From the NCBI RefSeq assembly GCF_009914755.1, contig NC_060938.1: a stretch of 64,000 nucleotides of DNA; one strand, written 5' to 3'. Origin of the DNA: the human T2T-CHM13v2.0 reference genome, Homo sapiens. Every line of letters starts with the position of its first letter. The first letter of the stretch is position 1. Below the pieces are notes generated by a model. The model was not told the origin of the DNA, ran no database searches, and saw nothing but the letters and a program-made list of their open reading frames with translations. The position numbers and the translations under genes are program-made. Positions 1 to 12,643 of this stretch are shown in pieces.

Positions 1-247
1 AATCATGACAGAAGGGGAAGCAAACATGTCCTTCTTCACATGGCAGCAGAAGAGACAAGAATGAACAAAATGAGGAAAAAGCCCCTTATAAAACCATCAG
101 ATCATGTGAGAACTCACTATCAGAAGAACAGCATGGGGGTAACCACCCCCATGATGCAGTTACCTCCCACTGGGTCCCTCCCATGACACATGGGGATTAT
201 GTGAACTACAAGAAAAGATTTGGGTGGGCACACAGCCAAACCAGTCA
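1..247 (-). mobile_element. THE1-type MaLR LTR (partial, runs off window start)
   Basis: Contains ccccttataaaaccatcagatc..gagaactcactat..gaacagcatgg..gatttgggtggg..cagccaaacc, the reverse complement of the THE1/MST LTR 5' part. Confidence 0.85.
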
Positions 248-3200
248 ACCCCCACACCAATGCATGTCTTTTGAGTTGCTTAGAGCTCAATATTGCATAA
301 GTGGACTATAGCAGTTTACTTTATTGACTTATAAAACATAATTAATAAAATAATTAAATGTATTCCCTGTATAATTCAAAACCTCAGGAGTTATCATAAT
401 AGTTTCAATCTCTTTTTCTATCATACCTCTTATGAGAAACTAGAAAATAAATTACCACTTTGAGTTTCAGTTTGTGTTTATTTTCTTGCCATGAAGAGTA
501 TGATGATAAAAAAACATAAAATGAAGTGGCCCAGAGGCAGGCAACCAGAAGGTGAGGAACAAAACCAAAAGTAATAGATTATTAGATGCCAGTAACTAAG
601 ATTCTAAATTATTACTCTTACGAATATAGTGTGGGTTGCTTTAACTATTTCGTTATAATGTTTATGTCTGCACCCATTTCTCATTTCTTTTTCCTAGTGT
701 GCAAAGTTAATTTAAAGTGTTAGTACAAATTGAGGAAGGGAAGTCTCTCCAGATTTCATTAGAGGATAGACTGAATAAGAACATGTCCTACCCGCAAGGA
801 CAAAGGAGAAGAAAATATATTCTTGACTGTTTCAGACCACTTCAGATAAGGAGGAGACAATTTAAAAAATTAATTTAAAAAAACACATTAGGATCAAATA
901 ACCCCTCCAAAGAAAGGTGTTCTATGGATGAGAAATGTAATTACTGCTGTAAAAATGTAGGGAATTTTGCACGTTTAATATAGTTTGTCTCCTATTAGAA
1001 GCACTAGTTGGCATTTTTCAGTATTAGGGTTGTGGCTTGCCAGGCCCACCCTCCTGCTGTGTTTGTTTCAGGGAATAGAACTTACCCAGTCGCAGGTTTC
1101 AGAAGAGCTGAGGTAACCTCCTTCAATGTGACACAAGTACTGTTTATGTTGGAGACAAATCCCAGAAACTCAAGGTAACAACGTACACAGAGTGAGAGAG
1201 TATATGCAAGAGATTTTTATTTGGCATTTTTACTGCTAACAGTCTACAGAAGTTTTAGTATTTAGTGCCAGTTCAGGCTTAAGGGGTAGTTTCTATTTCT
1301 GTGTGATTTTGAAAGGTTTAAAGAATCAGCAAATTATTATATAATAGATAATAAAGAATAAAGATTCTGGCTTCTATGGAAGCTTGCAAAGATATGAGGG
1401 AGGGCAAACAACTGCTTCTACGTGTTTTGTTTTGTTTTAAGAACTCAAAAAAGCATGGTAGGTTCTTTGAGCAAGGCCTTAGTTGTCAAAAGTTTCTGAA
1501 GCCCTCAAACCAATAAATAGTATTATTACTAATTAAAAGAGCAGATAAACTGAGAAACAAAGCACTTAGACCTAGGGTGACATGGTGAGACCAAAACTGA
1601 ATTCTGTGTCTTAAAATTCAGTTATCTAATCTCCCCACTTCATTGCATATTCTACTAGCAGTCATTCAGTAAAGTACCTTTCATCACTGCAGGAGTCTCT
1701 CTGAACACAGTGGCTTTGGAATAGGGTTATCTCCAGACATTGTTGACATCATGTCTCTGCTCACATACCAATTGAGTGAATATTGGCCCACATGATTCTT
1801 GTAAGTGGATTACAAGAAATCCACGATAGACTTCATTCACTTTTGATGAAACCAAGAACTTTCCCTCTTGAGCTACCTAATGAGATACTGTTATTTGTTT
1901 ATTATGCAGGGTACAGGTTGGGGCTTGTTAGCTCTCTGAATTCTTAAGCACTCAACTGAGGAAATCAAATGCATGATTTTACTATGCCTGCACAGGAGTT
2001 GGAGAAATTCATAAAGTTTATACTTTACTAGTTTTCTTAAGAATACAGATGTAAATAGGCTGTTAAGTCTGCCCAGGCAGAACTGTTGTTTCAGATGAAA
2101 CTTAATGACCACACCCTCCCACCCCAATGGAGATTGAAACAGTTGGAGAAACTTTAGTTTGAAAAATATTTACTTTAAACTAAACTCCAGGAATCTTTTT
2201 TTTTTTTTTCCCCTTGGTGAGAAAGATATTCTCAGGTCTATTCGGAGATAGCAATATCTTTAAAATCATGCAAGAAACAAAATTTCGGAGCTTCTCAGTG
2301 GTTAGGAATAGCTTCGGACAATTTACCTAATTGGGCTTCAGTTTCCTGACCTGTATAAAACAAGAGGATTGGTAAATGCTCTCCAACATTGCTTGAAGCT
2401 CCTAGGTTCTCTGGTTACTTTGTTATCGTCATAAAATGATAATTTAAAAATTGATGTATATGCATGATTTTATGTATGTATGTTATATATGTATGATTGA
2501 TTATACTTGCCTATGTATGGAAAATTTCAGGTTGTTAATAAGAAACTCGTTTCTTTTGGAGAGGAGGACTATGGGCCTGGGGGTCAGGATGGGAGAATTT
2601 TGCATTATTTTATACTTTCTGTTTGCTTGTTTTTTACTAAGTATGCATTGTTTAAAGATTTTAAAAATAGATTGGTTTTGTTATTATTTTAAAAGGATGA
2701 AAGGAAGACTTTCAAATTATTGTAAAATCTATACCCAGGATAATAATAATTGGAATTTCATTTCAGACTCCAAGTTTAAAGTATTTGTAATTATAAGTAG
2801 ACTTTTGCTTTTATTATAGTAAGAAAAGTCTTTTAAATTCTCTTCTTCAATGAAAGCAACCACTTTTGTTTGGTGAAACAAGCAGCATTTACAAGCACAG
2901 AAACAAGGTTTAGCAATATTAGTGACAGGATTATATACCTTCTATTTATTGGGTCCTCTAAAAGATCATCTTCCTTTGATTTGCAACTATGGGAATGAAA
3001 TAGAAGTGGGAAAAATTAGCTTTTAAACCAATTAGTTAGTAATGACTAGTGCCAAGTTTAAAGTGTTTCAGAGTGTTATTGCGGTGTTTTAAATGTAAAA
3101 CACTAGCTCCCTCTTAATCTTTTTAGAAGATAAAACTGCAGGAAATGAAAAAGTGGTCAGTTGAAACAGCAGAAGGCATTTTAGAGGCTGCATATAGTAA

Positions 3201-3789
3201 CTGGACTTGGATTTTGGTTTGAGCATTCGTTTTGTTCTATTTTCCTATTTTTACAAATATTTGTATTAGGTTTTGAGAAACTATAAGAACCCAGAAACTA
3301 GATGTTTCTAGCTTGACATATTTGTGGGGTTCTTTTTATTTTTATCATTTCTACTTTTGTTTCTTACTTAAAAAAATGAACTTAAGGAAATATACAGAAA
3401 AAATAACTCAACAATCATTTTCATTTAAAAAAAATTAGAGTACTTTCTAGCATGGTTAATATATCATTATAATCAATATGAAGTAGATGTGGTAGGTTTT
3501 TTTATTTCCAGTTGTTCTGTCAAACCTTGAACATTTTGCCCTATCTGGCACAATGTTTTCTAGCCTTTTCCATATTCAACAATGTCAAGTAAGTAAAAGT
3601 TAATTTAAAATGAACTTCAGTGTTTGTGTCACATTGGAGTTGTTAAAGTTCTCCTTTGTTCTTTCCAGGTTTGCATTGCCTCTGGCTAAATTTATTTGTA
3701 TTTCCATTCCATGCAGGGTATGGTAGCACTGTGATTCAGCTTACTTAGTACTTCATTGGAACGTTGGGTTATTTATGCTAAAGTCAATA

Positions 3790-4130
3790 ATCTCATAGTG
3801 ATGATGATGATGATAACCATTGCTGTCACTTATTGAGTCCTTACTTTTGGTAGATACTACATTAGACTTTTAAAAAACTCATTTAATGGGTATTCATTGA
3901 ACACCTTTTATGCCCCAGGCATTGATTTAGGAGCCAAATACATAATAGTTAACAAGACAAAGTCCTGGCCCATAAATATATTGTTTCTAATCCACATAAA
4001 ACCTTGCAAGGCAGGTATTGTCTTAATTTTATAGATGAGAAAACTGAGGCTACAGAAGGAGAACAAAGTTTTCAGCATTTTATAGCCTGTGAGTGACCAG
4101 TCTATTTAATTCCAGTCTGTACTTTGCTCT
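3790..4130 (-). mobile_element. MIR interrupted by an L2 3' fragment (~3878-3975)
   Basis: cacttattgagt.. and ttttatagatgagaaaactgaggct (MIR core) flank attcattgaacacc..ccaggcattg..aacaagacaaagtcctggccc (L2-like). Confidence 0.6.
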
Positions 4131-4334
4131 GTTCTCCTGCCTCAAGATAGATCAGTATTATTTCCCTCTTCATTAAGATGTTTATAAACATTCAGGACTG
4201 GTATAAACATGCTTGGCTATGACACAGTTAAGCTGACAGGGATATAGGATGTGAAGTCTATAAACAATTATTCCTTTTTTACCTTAGTGCTCCATGAGAG
4301 CTAGAAGAGACGCTAAAACCTAGTACTTTTCACA

Positions 4335-5876
4335 TCAAAAAACGTAAAATACTAAGGAATAAATTGAACCCCCAAAAGTATAAGATTTGCACACTGAAAA
4401 TTATAAAACATTGTTGAAAGAAATTAAAGAAGCCTAAATAAATGGAAAGATGTCATATATTCATGAATCAGGAGACTTAATATTGTTAAGATGGAAATAC
4501 TATCTACGTGGATCTACATAGTCAACAAAATTCCTATCAAAACCTTAACCAATACTAAAATTCACTGGGATCCAGAATAGCCATAACAATCTTCAAACAA
4601 TCTTTTAAAGAAGAAGAAAGTTGGAAGACTCATATTTTCCAGTTTTAATACTCAGTATAAAACTATAGTAATCCAAACAGTGTGGTCCTAGCATAGGATA
4701 AAAATACAGATCCATGAATTATAAATGAGAGTTGGGAAGTAAACTTTTTCATTTTTGATTAATTGAATTTTTACAAGGGTGCCAAGACAATTCACTGGAG
4801 AGTAGTCTCTTCAACACATAATACTGGGACAATTTACAGCCACATACAAAAGAACGAAGTTGAATTGGTACTTTACAGAACACATCAAATGGATCAGACA
4901 CCTAAATGTATGATCTAAAACTATAAAACTCTTAGAAAGAGGCCATAGAGCACAATCTTTGTGACCTTGAAAGACAGTCCACAGAAAAGAAGAAAGTAAT
5001 TGCAAATCTTACATATGATAAGGGTCTAGTATCCAGAAAATATGGAGAACCCTTATAATATACCAATAGAAAGACAAATAATTAAAAGTAGATTAATAAT
5101 TTTAATAGATTTTTTCCAAAGATGATGTGCAAATGGCCAATAAGCACATGAAAATATGCTCAACAGCATCAGTCATTGATGGAATACAAGTCAAAACCAT
5201 AATAAGATACCACTTTTTACCACTAGGATGGCTATGATAAAAAAGATAGACAATAACAAGTGTTGGTAAGAATATAAAAAAAATGGGAACTCACATTCCT
5301 CAAAAAGTTAAACATAGAGTTACCATAGGACCTGGCAATTCCACACCTAGGTATATACCCAAGAGAACTGAAAATATGTTTACACAAAACTTTGTACATA
5401 AATATCCATAGCAGCATTATTCATAATAGTCAGAAAGTGGAAACACCTAAATGTCTCTCAACTGATGAATGGATAAACAAAATGTGGTATATTTGTACAG
5501 TGAAATATTATTTAGTAATGAAAGGAATAAAGTAGTGATACATGCGTCAACATGGATGAACGTTCTGTTAAGTGACAGAGGCTAATCACAAATAGCTAGA
5601 TGTTGTATAATTCCTTTTATACAAAATGTTCAGAATAGGCAAATTCATAGAGACAGAAGAGAGATAAGAGATTGCCAGGATCTAGAGAGAGGCAGGAATG
5701 GGAAGGGACAGTGACTACTAATGAGTATCGGGTTTCTTTTCAGAGTAATGAAAATGTTCTGGAATTAGATATTGGTGATGGTTATAAAACTCTGTGAGCA
5801 CTCTAAAAACACTGAATTATATACTTTAAAAGGGCGAATTTTATGATATGTGAGTAATATCTCAATAAAATTGTTA
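4335..5876 (+). mobile_element. Old L1 (L1MB-like) ORF2 3' part plus 3' UTR
   Basis: Decayed ORF2 motifs (aaatggaaagatgtc, caagggtgccaagacaatt, ggtatatacccaagagaactgaaa); typical L1MB end atactttaaaagggcgaattttatg..tatctcaataaaa. Confidence 0.85.
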
Positions 5877-8800
5877 CGTATATATTTTTTAAACCTATTA
5901 ATTTGGCTTCGGTGGTTTGGATTTAGTCCACCACTTCAATTATCTGTTTGTGTCTGGGTTATTGCAATTCAAGTACAATATAGTCTCAACCTTTATTGTC
6001 TATGAGGATCTTCAATTTTCATTATTTTATCAATCTGCTTGTCTATTGCCTTACTTTATACCAGCTAGACTTATTATATACAGGCAAAAACTGATACAGA
6101 GCAATATGATATATTTTCTTCTTGATTCCTTTTTTAAAAACTTAATGTTATATTACTTTTCAAACCAAGAGTGGCATATTGTTGTAATTATATCATTAAA
6201 AAATGTGTTTATTTTCAAGAGTATGGATTTGATTTAGAAACTGCTTTTCCTGCATTCTCTATTATTCATGGCATTTGATGACCACACACTTGAAGTGCTC
6301 CCTGGCCAGAGCGTAAGAGTCTTGGGGGTGGGGTCAGTATAGAAATGATTAATGGTTTGTTAAAATGCAGGCAAGTTGAATATGACTTTTATAATGTGGC
6401 TGTGAGACCAGCTTATGGTATGAATTCATACATGTCTCTCTCTTTTGTAAACATGTTATCGAAGTAGGTTTTATTTCTTGAATGCTCTGGCCTGGTGCTA
6501 ATGAGATGTGTGAGTGTCCTACCCAAAGCATTATGTAACAGGAAGCAAAGTTTTCTGAGGGAAATAAGAAGCTTACTAGAAAGAGAAGATAAAATCTTTG
6601 CTGGGGAATGGTTCTTTTCCATTAGCATTCCCAGTGCATTTCTCCAGAAGTGTGCCTAGGAATCCTCTGCTGTAGTTGCTAGATAATATTCCCTCTTTTT
6701 CAGGGTGATTGGAGAAAGAAAGCAGTTATTTGGGGCCTGGAGTATATAGATAGCAAGGAGCCATGGTTCTGAATGTGGTGATTGGCCCAGGCATTCTTGC
6801 TAGTGATGGAAATAGAGGGCTGAACAGGAAAGAGTGGGCAGCAGTACTTGATAACATGAGGCACTGGTAATACCAACTTCATGTCTGGTCTTCCCATTTA
6901 AAATGGATTATATTTTAGCCTCTCGTCAGATTGAATGCTAAGTATCCCTACAGTCAATGCCTGCAAAATCTTTGGCGTACTTACTTCAACCAAAACTTAA
7001 ACTCAAAGAGGAATATAGTGTAAACTTTGGTTTAACTGAACATAGAAAGATCACACAGAGAGCCCTGGTTTTATTGCTTGGAAACATGATGAGATGTAAG
7101 TACTGTCAATAGATTGGAGACTCTAGGCCCAAATTTCACTGAAGTTCATAAATGTCTGCTAATTTCAGGGACCATCATACTTAGGAGCTAGTATACTAAG
7201 AAATTGGAAAGTAAGTTTAACATGTCTTTTGTGAAAGGTGGAAATTTAAGATAGGGACACAGCTGTCTGCAAGGGACAGTAGGCTTGTTTTTTGAGGCAC
7301 TCTGTGGCATTCAAGATCCTAGGGGATTTGAAACTCAGAGAATGGTACAGTGAACATAAGAGGGGTGGAAAAAAGTGGAGGATGAAGTGGTTATCTGTGT
7401 CAAAAGGAACTGAAAGGTGTTCATACTGTTCCACAATCCCCTCTTCTTACCATTATTAGTTAGGTAAAGAGACAAAACTGAATGGCTTCCCTTTCTCCAT
7501 CTGTCTCAAGATTGTTTCCTGCCTTGGTTGAAAGGAAAAGAGGGAGGGAGCAAAGTGGCATTACTTACTTTGGTCTCTCTTTTTAGATCTTTGGGTCCCA
7601 AAAGTCTTATTGGTGAGAATATCTGGTTTCATAAGCAGAAGTGGGAAAAATAATTATTACTACTTATTGAACATAAGAACTGTGCTAAACACCCTAATAA
7701 CATTATTTAATCCGTACAACTTTTTTGTATAAGCATTTATCTATAAGTTAATACATGTGAAGCACTTAGAACTTAGAATGAGAGCCCATTAAATGTTAAT
7801 ACCCATTTTGGAGATAAGAGAACTATACCTTAGCATTGGTAGAATTTTAATACATGATTGTTAAACTCAAAAGCCCATGATCTATTATGCGATACTGTGG
7901 CTCTCTTCCTTAAGAACTCAGCTTCCTTTACAAAAATCTTCCCTGATATTCTCCTCTATATGCATTTAGAATCATACCTGTTTTTCAATTCTATATTTTG
8001 ACTAATTCCAGGTTGTCAGTCCTAAATCCTCTTACTCTCCCTGCACTTATCCCTGAGGAAGTTCATTCTTCAGATTATCAAGGTCTGGACCAAATTTATT
8101 TAGTGAGAATGTGGAATTTTTCTTACAAGATTTTAAAATGACAAGTAAGATAATTACATGAAAGGATCTGTCTAGGCTCTTTTTGCATTGTAGGGGGTGG
8201 ACCAAGTAACCTTTGGATCACTTCCACTTGTATAATTCACCATTTCGGCAGGACAGTAACATTTCAGGCCAAAGTTCAACTTTTTTTTATTATTAAATTC
8301 TTTTATTGTCGCCAGGAAACTAGAGAAAATGAATTCTTCACAGTATGCTTGTGCATGCAACTTGAAACGGTTTGCACACTAAATGAAATTAAATGAAAGA
8401 CAGCTGTTTGAGAAAGAGCTGTCAGAAACTGATTGGGTTCTATTAGAGAAGAATAGAGGCCAGGAATAAGTTTTCAGAAACAGGATATCAGTGGTTTTAA
8501 AAGCAAGCAAATTTATACACACAAAAGCTCTCATGTGGTTGTGCTGTTACATGTCTTTTCAGTTCATCCATCTTAAATTATTTGCTTTTGGTGAGTAGGT
8601 GTCTGCTTTCAAGGCTTTCTTTCACATATTGAATGTGTGACAGTTCTCTCTTTTCTGAGAAGTAAATACAACACAACCCCACTACAATACCATCCTACGT
8701 ACTTTGGTTTTGGGTAAACTGAAAATCCAGTAATGTTCACCAAACTACTTCCTTTGTCCAGTACCTCTCTGTTCCTGCCAAAATACAAAGGGAAAGGACC

Positions 8801-10321
8801 ATCTTGGGCAGGTTGCCAGAAGTGCCACCTGGGTCTCCTGAAATGGCTGTCAGCAAGAAGGGAGCAATTACATCCCATAACAGACTCAAAGCAGATGGTC
8901 ACCTGCGGTGATAAGTATTACATTATTAAGCCTTTGATTTGTGATTGTACTTTGTGCTTTCCAGGCACTGAAGTTATGTTACTTGTGCGATGTTCCTCTC
9001 TGTTCCCCTAGACCTCATTGCTCGTTGTTTGGCCATGTGTTCCCATGGCTTATCCTCCAAAAAGCTTTATTCTGCAATCTTCTAACTCTCCTGCAAGAGG
9101 CTAGCTCATAATAGGATCTCTGCCAGGCCCTCCAGCAGTAGGTATGGTGTTATTACATGGAGTTACCTTTAAAGGAATTTTTAAAAGCCTTTGGGGCTTT
9201 ACTGTGGAAGCATAACTTAGTCACAGTATAACCTCATATAGGAAATTCAGTTAGTGTTCAGAGTTAGGAGTCCTAGTATAACATTGCACTCATTGAGATT
9301 TAGTCTCTGGAGTCTCTTCTTCCATTGAATTTTTATGTTTTCAGCCCTATTTAACAATGGTCTTCCATAATGCATTGAGGCTCAATCTCAACTGTCCTCC
9401 TTTGAGATCTCGCTTGCCATCCCCTCCACACCTTCTTTATTTTCTGAAGATTTAGAATACAAATTTATAGTCTCTCCTATAGCTGAAGTTAGGAGTCACT
9501 TGATTCATAGGGTGCCTAGCTCCCTGGACTAAGATAGATGGCAGAATGTGCGTAGAGATACATGATGACACAGTCACAAATCTAATTCTTCATGCAGATA
9601 GTCTTTCAAAATTCTTAGCAAATTTTAATTTTTAATATTGTGAGCCTCAGCTGTAGTAATTCAGATTTAATTATCATGTGATCATGCTGGGGTGATTGTT
9701 TTTAGTGCAGACATAGGAAATCAAAGTTGGCAGCTGGGCTGCAGCTGTGCCCCAGCTGGTTTTATCTGAGTTGAATTCAGAGGGAGAAGTGGCAGCATGC
9801 TCACCAGCTCCAGAAGATAGTCTTCTTTGGTCATACAAAGCAATACCTGCTAGATGCTTTTTGAGCTAGTGCAATTAACACCCAATTAGTGAGACTTCAC
9901 TATAAAGGTATTAAGAACATAGTCCATGTGTAGTGGACATGTCATCATTGTTTCTTTACAAATTAAATAAACTTGCTACGTAGAAAATTTACTTTATATA
10001 ATTAGACAGTGTTTTCCCTAAATTACAAAAACATGCTCTTAAATTTGGCTGTCTTAAAGTTCTCTGAACTTGTAAGATTTTGACCTACCATATCTAATTT
10101 TTGCCTGAAAATATTTTATAGATGCTGAGTACAATAGCATATTTATGTTTAAAAATACGAAATTGGTTTATTGATTTTTTAAATTAATTCTTACTAGAAT
10201 TTACATCAGCTACTTCTGGCTTTCCTGCAGGAAAAGAATTCTTGCAGCTTAGATTAATCAATATTGTCCCTATTGTAAAAGACACTATATTGAAAGCTGT
10301 AATATAATTTTCACCATGCAT

Positions 10322-10482
10322 AATAACAAAGAGTGTCTAATATCCATAATTATTAAGAATTTTACCCATCGAAGAAAACAACTCATAAGAAAAATAGCTA
10401 AGAGTTTTGAACAAGTAGTTCATAGATGAAGAATTATAATTTGCAAATCATAAAGTCACTAATATTTAAAGAAATGCACATT
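10322..10482 (+). mobile_element. Ancient L1M fragment abutting the ZNF remnant
   Basis: agaaaaatagctaagagttttgaacaagtagttcatagatgaagaa..aaagaaatgcaca resembles the late ORF2 region. Confidence 0.5.
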
Positions 10483-11205
10483 TTAGTATGTTCTACAAGA
10501 AGGCTCTTCCTCATGCATTAAACTCTCAATGTAAATGTGATACTTAATGAGGCTGGTGCAAATAAGGAAAGGTTCCCTCATACCAGGCATTCCTACAAAT
10601 TCTCTTGGGAATGAGTTCTCACAGTACGACTTCTGGTTGAAGGCTTTCCCATATACAACATATTCATATGATCTGTGCAACATGAATTCTCTGCTTTATG
10701 ATTAGAGCTGATTACTGTGAGAAGGCTTTATGACTTTCAGGAAACAAATAAGTTTTTTTTTCCATATATGAATGCTCTGATGCATACTGAGAACTGATTA
10801 TCTGGATACCAGGGTGACTGAATGGAGCCCTTATCACAGTCACTGCATTGATAGGCTTTATCTTAAGTATGAGCATGCTGGGTTTCTTCATATTTGACAT
10901 TTGAAGGCTTCCTCACAGTTAGTTCACATATAGGTTTCTCTCCTGTATGAATTTAGTAACGTAGTTGAAGATGTGATTTCTTAGCAAAAGACTTCTCACA
11001 GATGCCGCATTCATGAGGTTTCTCTGAAGTATGAATCTTCTGATGAGTAGGCAACTCTGATTTCTGTCTGAAGGCCCACCAACATTCAGTACAAACAAAG
11101 AGTTTCTCTCTAGTATGAATATTTTCTGGGATGAAAGAAGACTTAATCTTTTGGTGAGAGTTTTCCACACTGAATACATATATATGGTTTTTCTCCTGTG
11201 TGAAC
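10483..11205 (-). pseudogene. Decayed C2H2 zinc-finger array (ZNF81-like C-terminal fingers plus relic fingers), no KRAB exon in view
   Basis: Minus-strand translation across frameshifts: [15 protein letters not shown]; [62 protein letters not shown]; HT*DKAYQCSDCDKG..SVLSMHQSIH. Several stops and indels. Confidence 0.9.
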
Positions 11206-11944
11206 TCAACTGTGCCCTAGGAGTTGTGGTATCAGGCTTGTTTTCTTATTTTATTCTAAATGCTTGTGATCATTGCTAGTGACAGCCTTCTAGTCCTGAG
11301 CCACAGCCAACCCTTCAGCCTCACTGAACAATGTGATTGGTACTAGATTATATATATTTTTGTTTTATATTTGAATATATTAAGGTGAAGTTGGATTATT
11401 TTCTGTCACATAATTGAAATGGTTCCACATTACATTATTGGAAAATCATTTGTTTTATACTGACCCATTACCTGATATTTTACCATTGAATGGCATTTTT
11501 AGTATCTTTGTGTGATTGTCTTTCAATTGAAGTTTTTGAGGGATATATGCAGCATTTTGTCATTAAATTTGTGCAGATACATATGATGGTTTCTCTGTTA
11601 TATTTTATAATATATAAAACGTGCTAAAATTGTTACAGCAAGAATATTTGTTTTCTTAATCTTGTTACTCTCATTGTGATAAGTTTCTTATTATCAAAAG
11701 TGGCCTAAATAGTTATCAACTTATGTTTCATTGTCATGGGTTTAATGTACAAATAGAGATATTATTAATAGTATTTCCCAAGTCTTTAATATTTCATTTT
11801 TATTGGATGTGAGATCATCTGCCAGAGATAATTAATTTCATATTATTTGTGTAAGTATTATTTATTGAGTGTTAATACATAGCAGATACTGTGAAGAATA
11901 TTTTATGTACCATCTCATTTAATCATCTTAGTAATTTTTAGTAT

Positions 11945-11958
11945 GAAACTAGGTTTTC
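11945..11958 (+). repeat. 5' target-site duplication GAAACTAGGTTTTC
   Basis: Identical 14-mer at 13446-13459. Confidence 0.95.
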
Positions 11959-12643
11959 TTAAAAAGTCAGGAAACAACAGGTGCTGGAGAGGATGTGGAG
12001 AAATAGGAACACTTTTACACTGTTGGTGGGACTGTAAACTAGTTCAACCATTGTGGAAGTCAGTGTGGCGATTCCTCAGGGATCTAGAACTAGAAATACC
12101 ATTTGACCCAGCCATCCCATTACTGGGTATATACCCAAATGACTATAACTCATGCTGCTATAAAGACACATGCACACGTATGTTTATTGTGGCATTATTC
12201 ACAATAGCAAAGACTTGGAACCAACCCAAATGTCCAACAATGATAGACTGGATTAAGAAAATGTGGCACATATACACCATGGAATACTATGCAGCCATAA
12301 AAAATGATGAGTTCGTGTCCTTTGTAGGGACATGGATGAAATTGGAAATCATCATTCTCAGTAAACTATCACAAGAACAAAAAACCAAACACGGCATATT
12401 CTCACTCATAGGTGGGAATTGAACAATGAGATCACATGGACACAGGAAGGGGAACATCACACTCTGGGGACTGTTGTGGGGTGGGGGGAGGGGGGAGGGA
12501 TAGCATTGGGAGATATACCTAATGCTAGATGACGAGTTAGTGGGTGCAGCGCACCAGCATGGCACATGTATACATATGTAACTAACCTGCACAATGTGCA
12601 CATGTACCCTAAAACTTAAAGTATAAAAAAAAAAAAAAAAAAA
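11959..12643 (+). mobile_element. 5'-truncated young L1, L1PA2-like (ORF2p C-terminus, 3' UTR, poly(A))
   Basis: [32 protein letters not shown] ends at 12422. 3' UTR reads gctagatgacGAGttagtgggtgcagcgcacc and aaaacttAAagtat, lacking the L1HS-Ta ACA/G diagnostics. A-run 12625-12643. Confidence 0.93.

Noticed and set aside
1050-1140. Candidate micro-exons (+1072-1112; minus-strand GGTAAGT donor near 1085)
   Set aside because: Splice-like motifs only; no coding signal or partner exons
3649-3723. Strong acceptor with a 49-nt candidate exon
   Set aside because: Not frame-preserving, no recognisable product, and such motifs are common by chance
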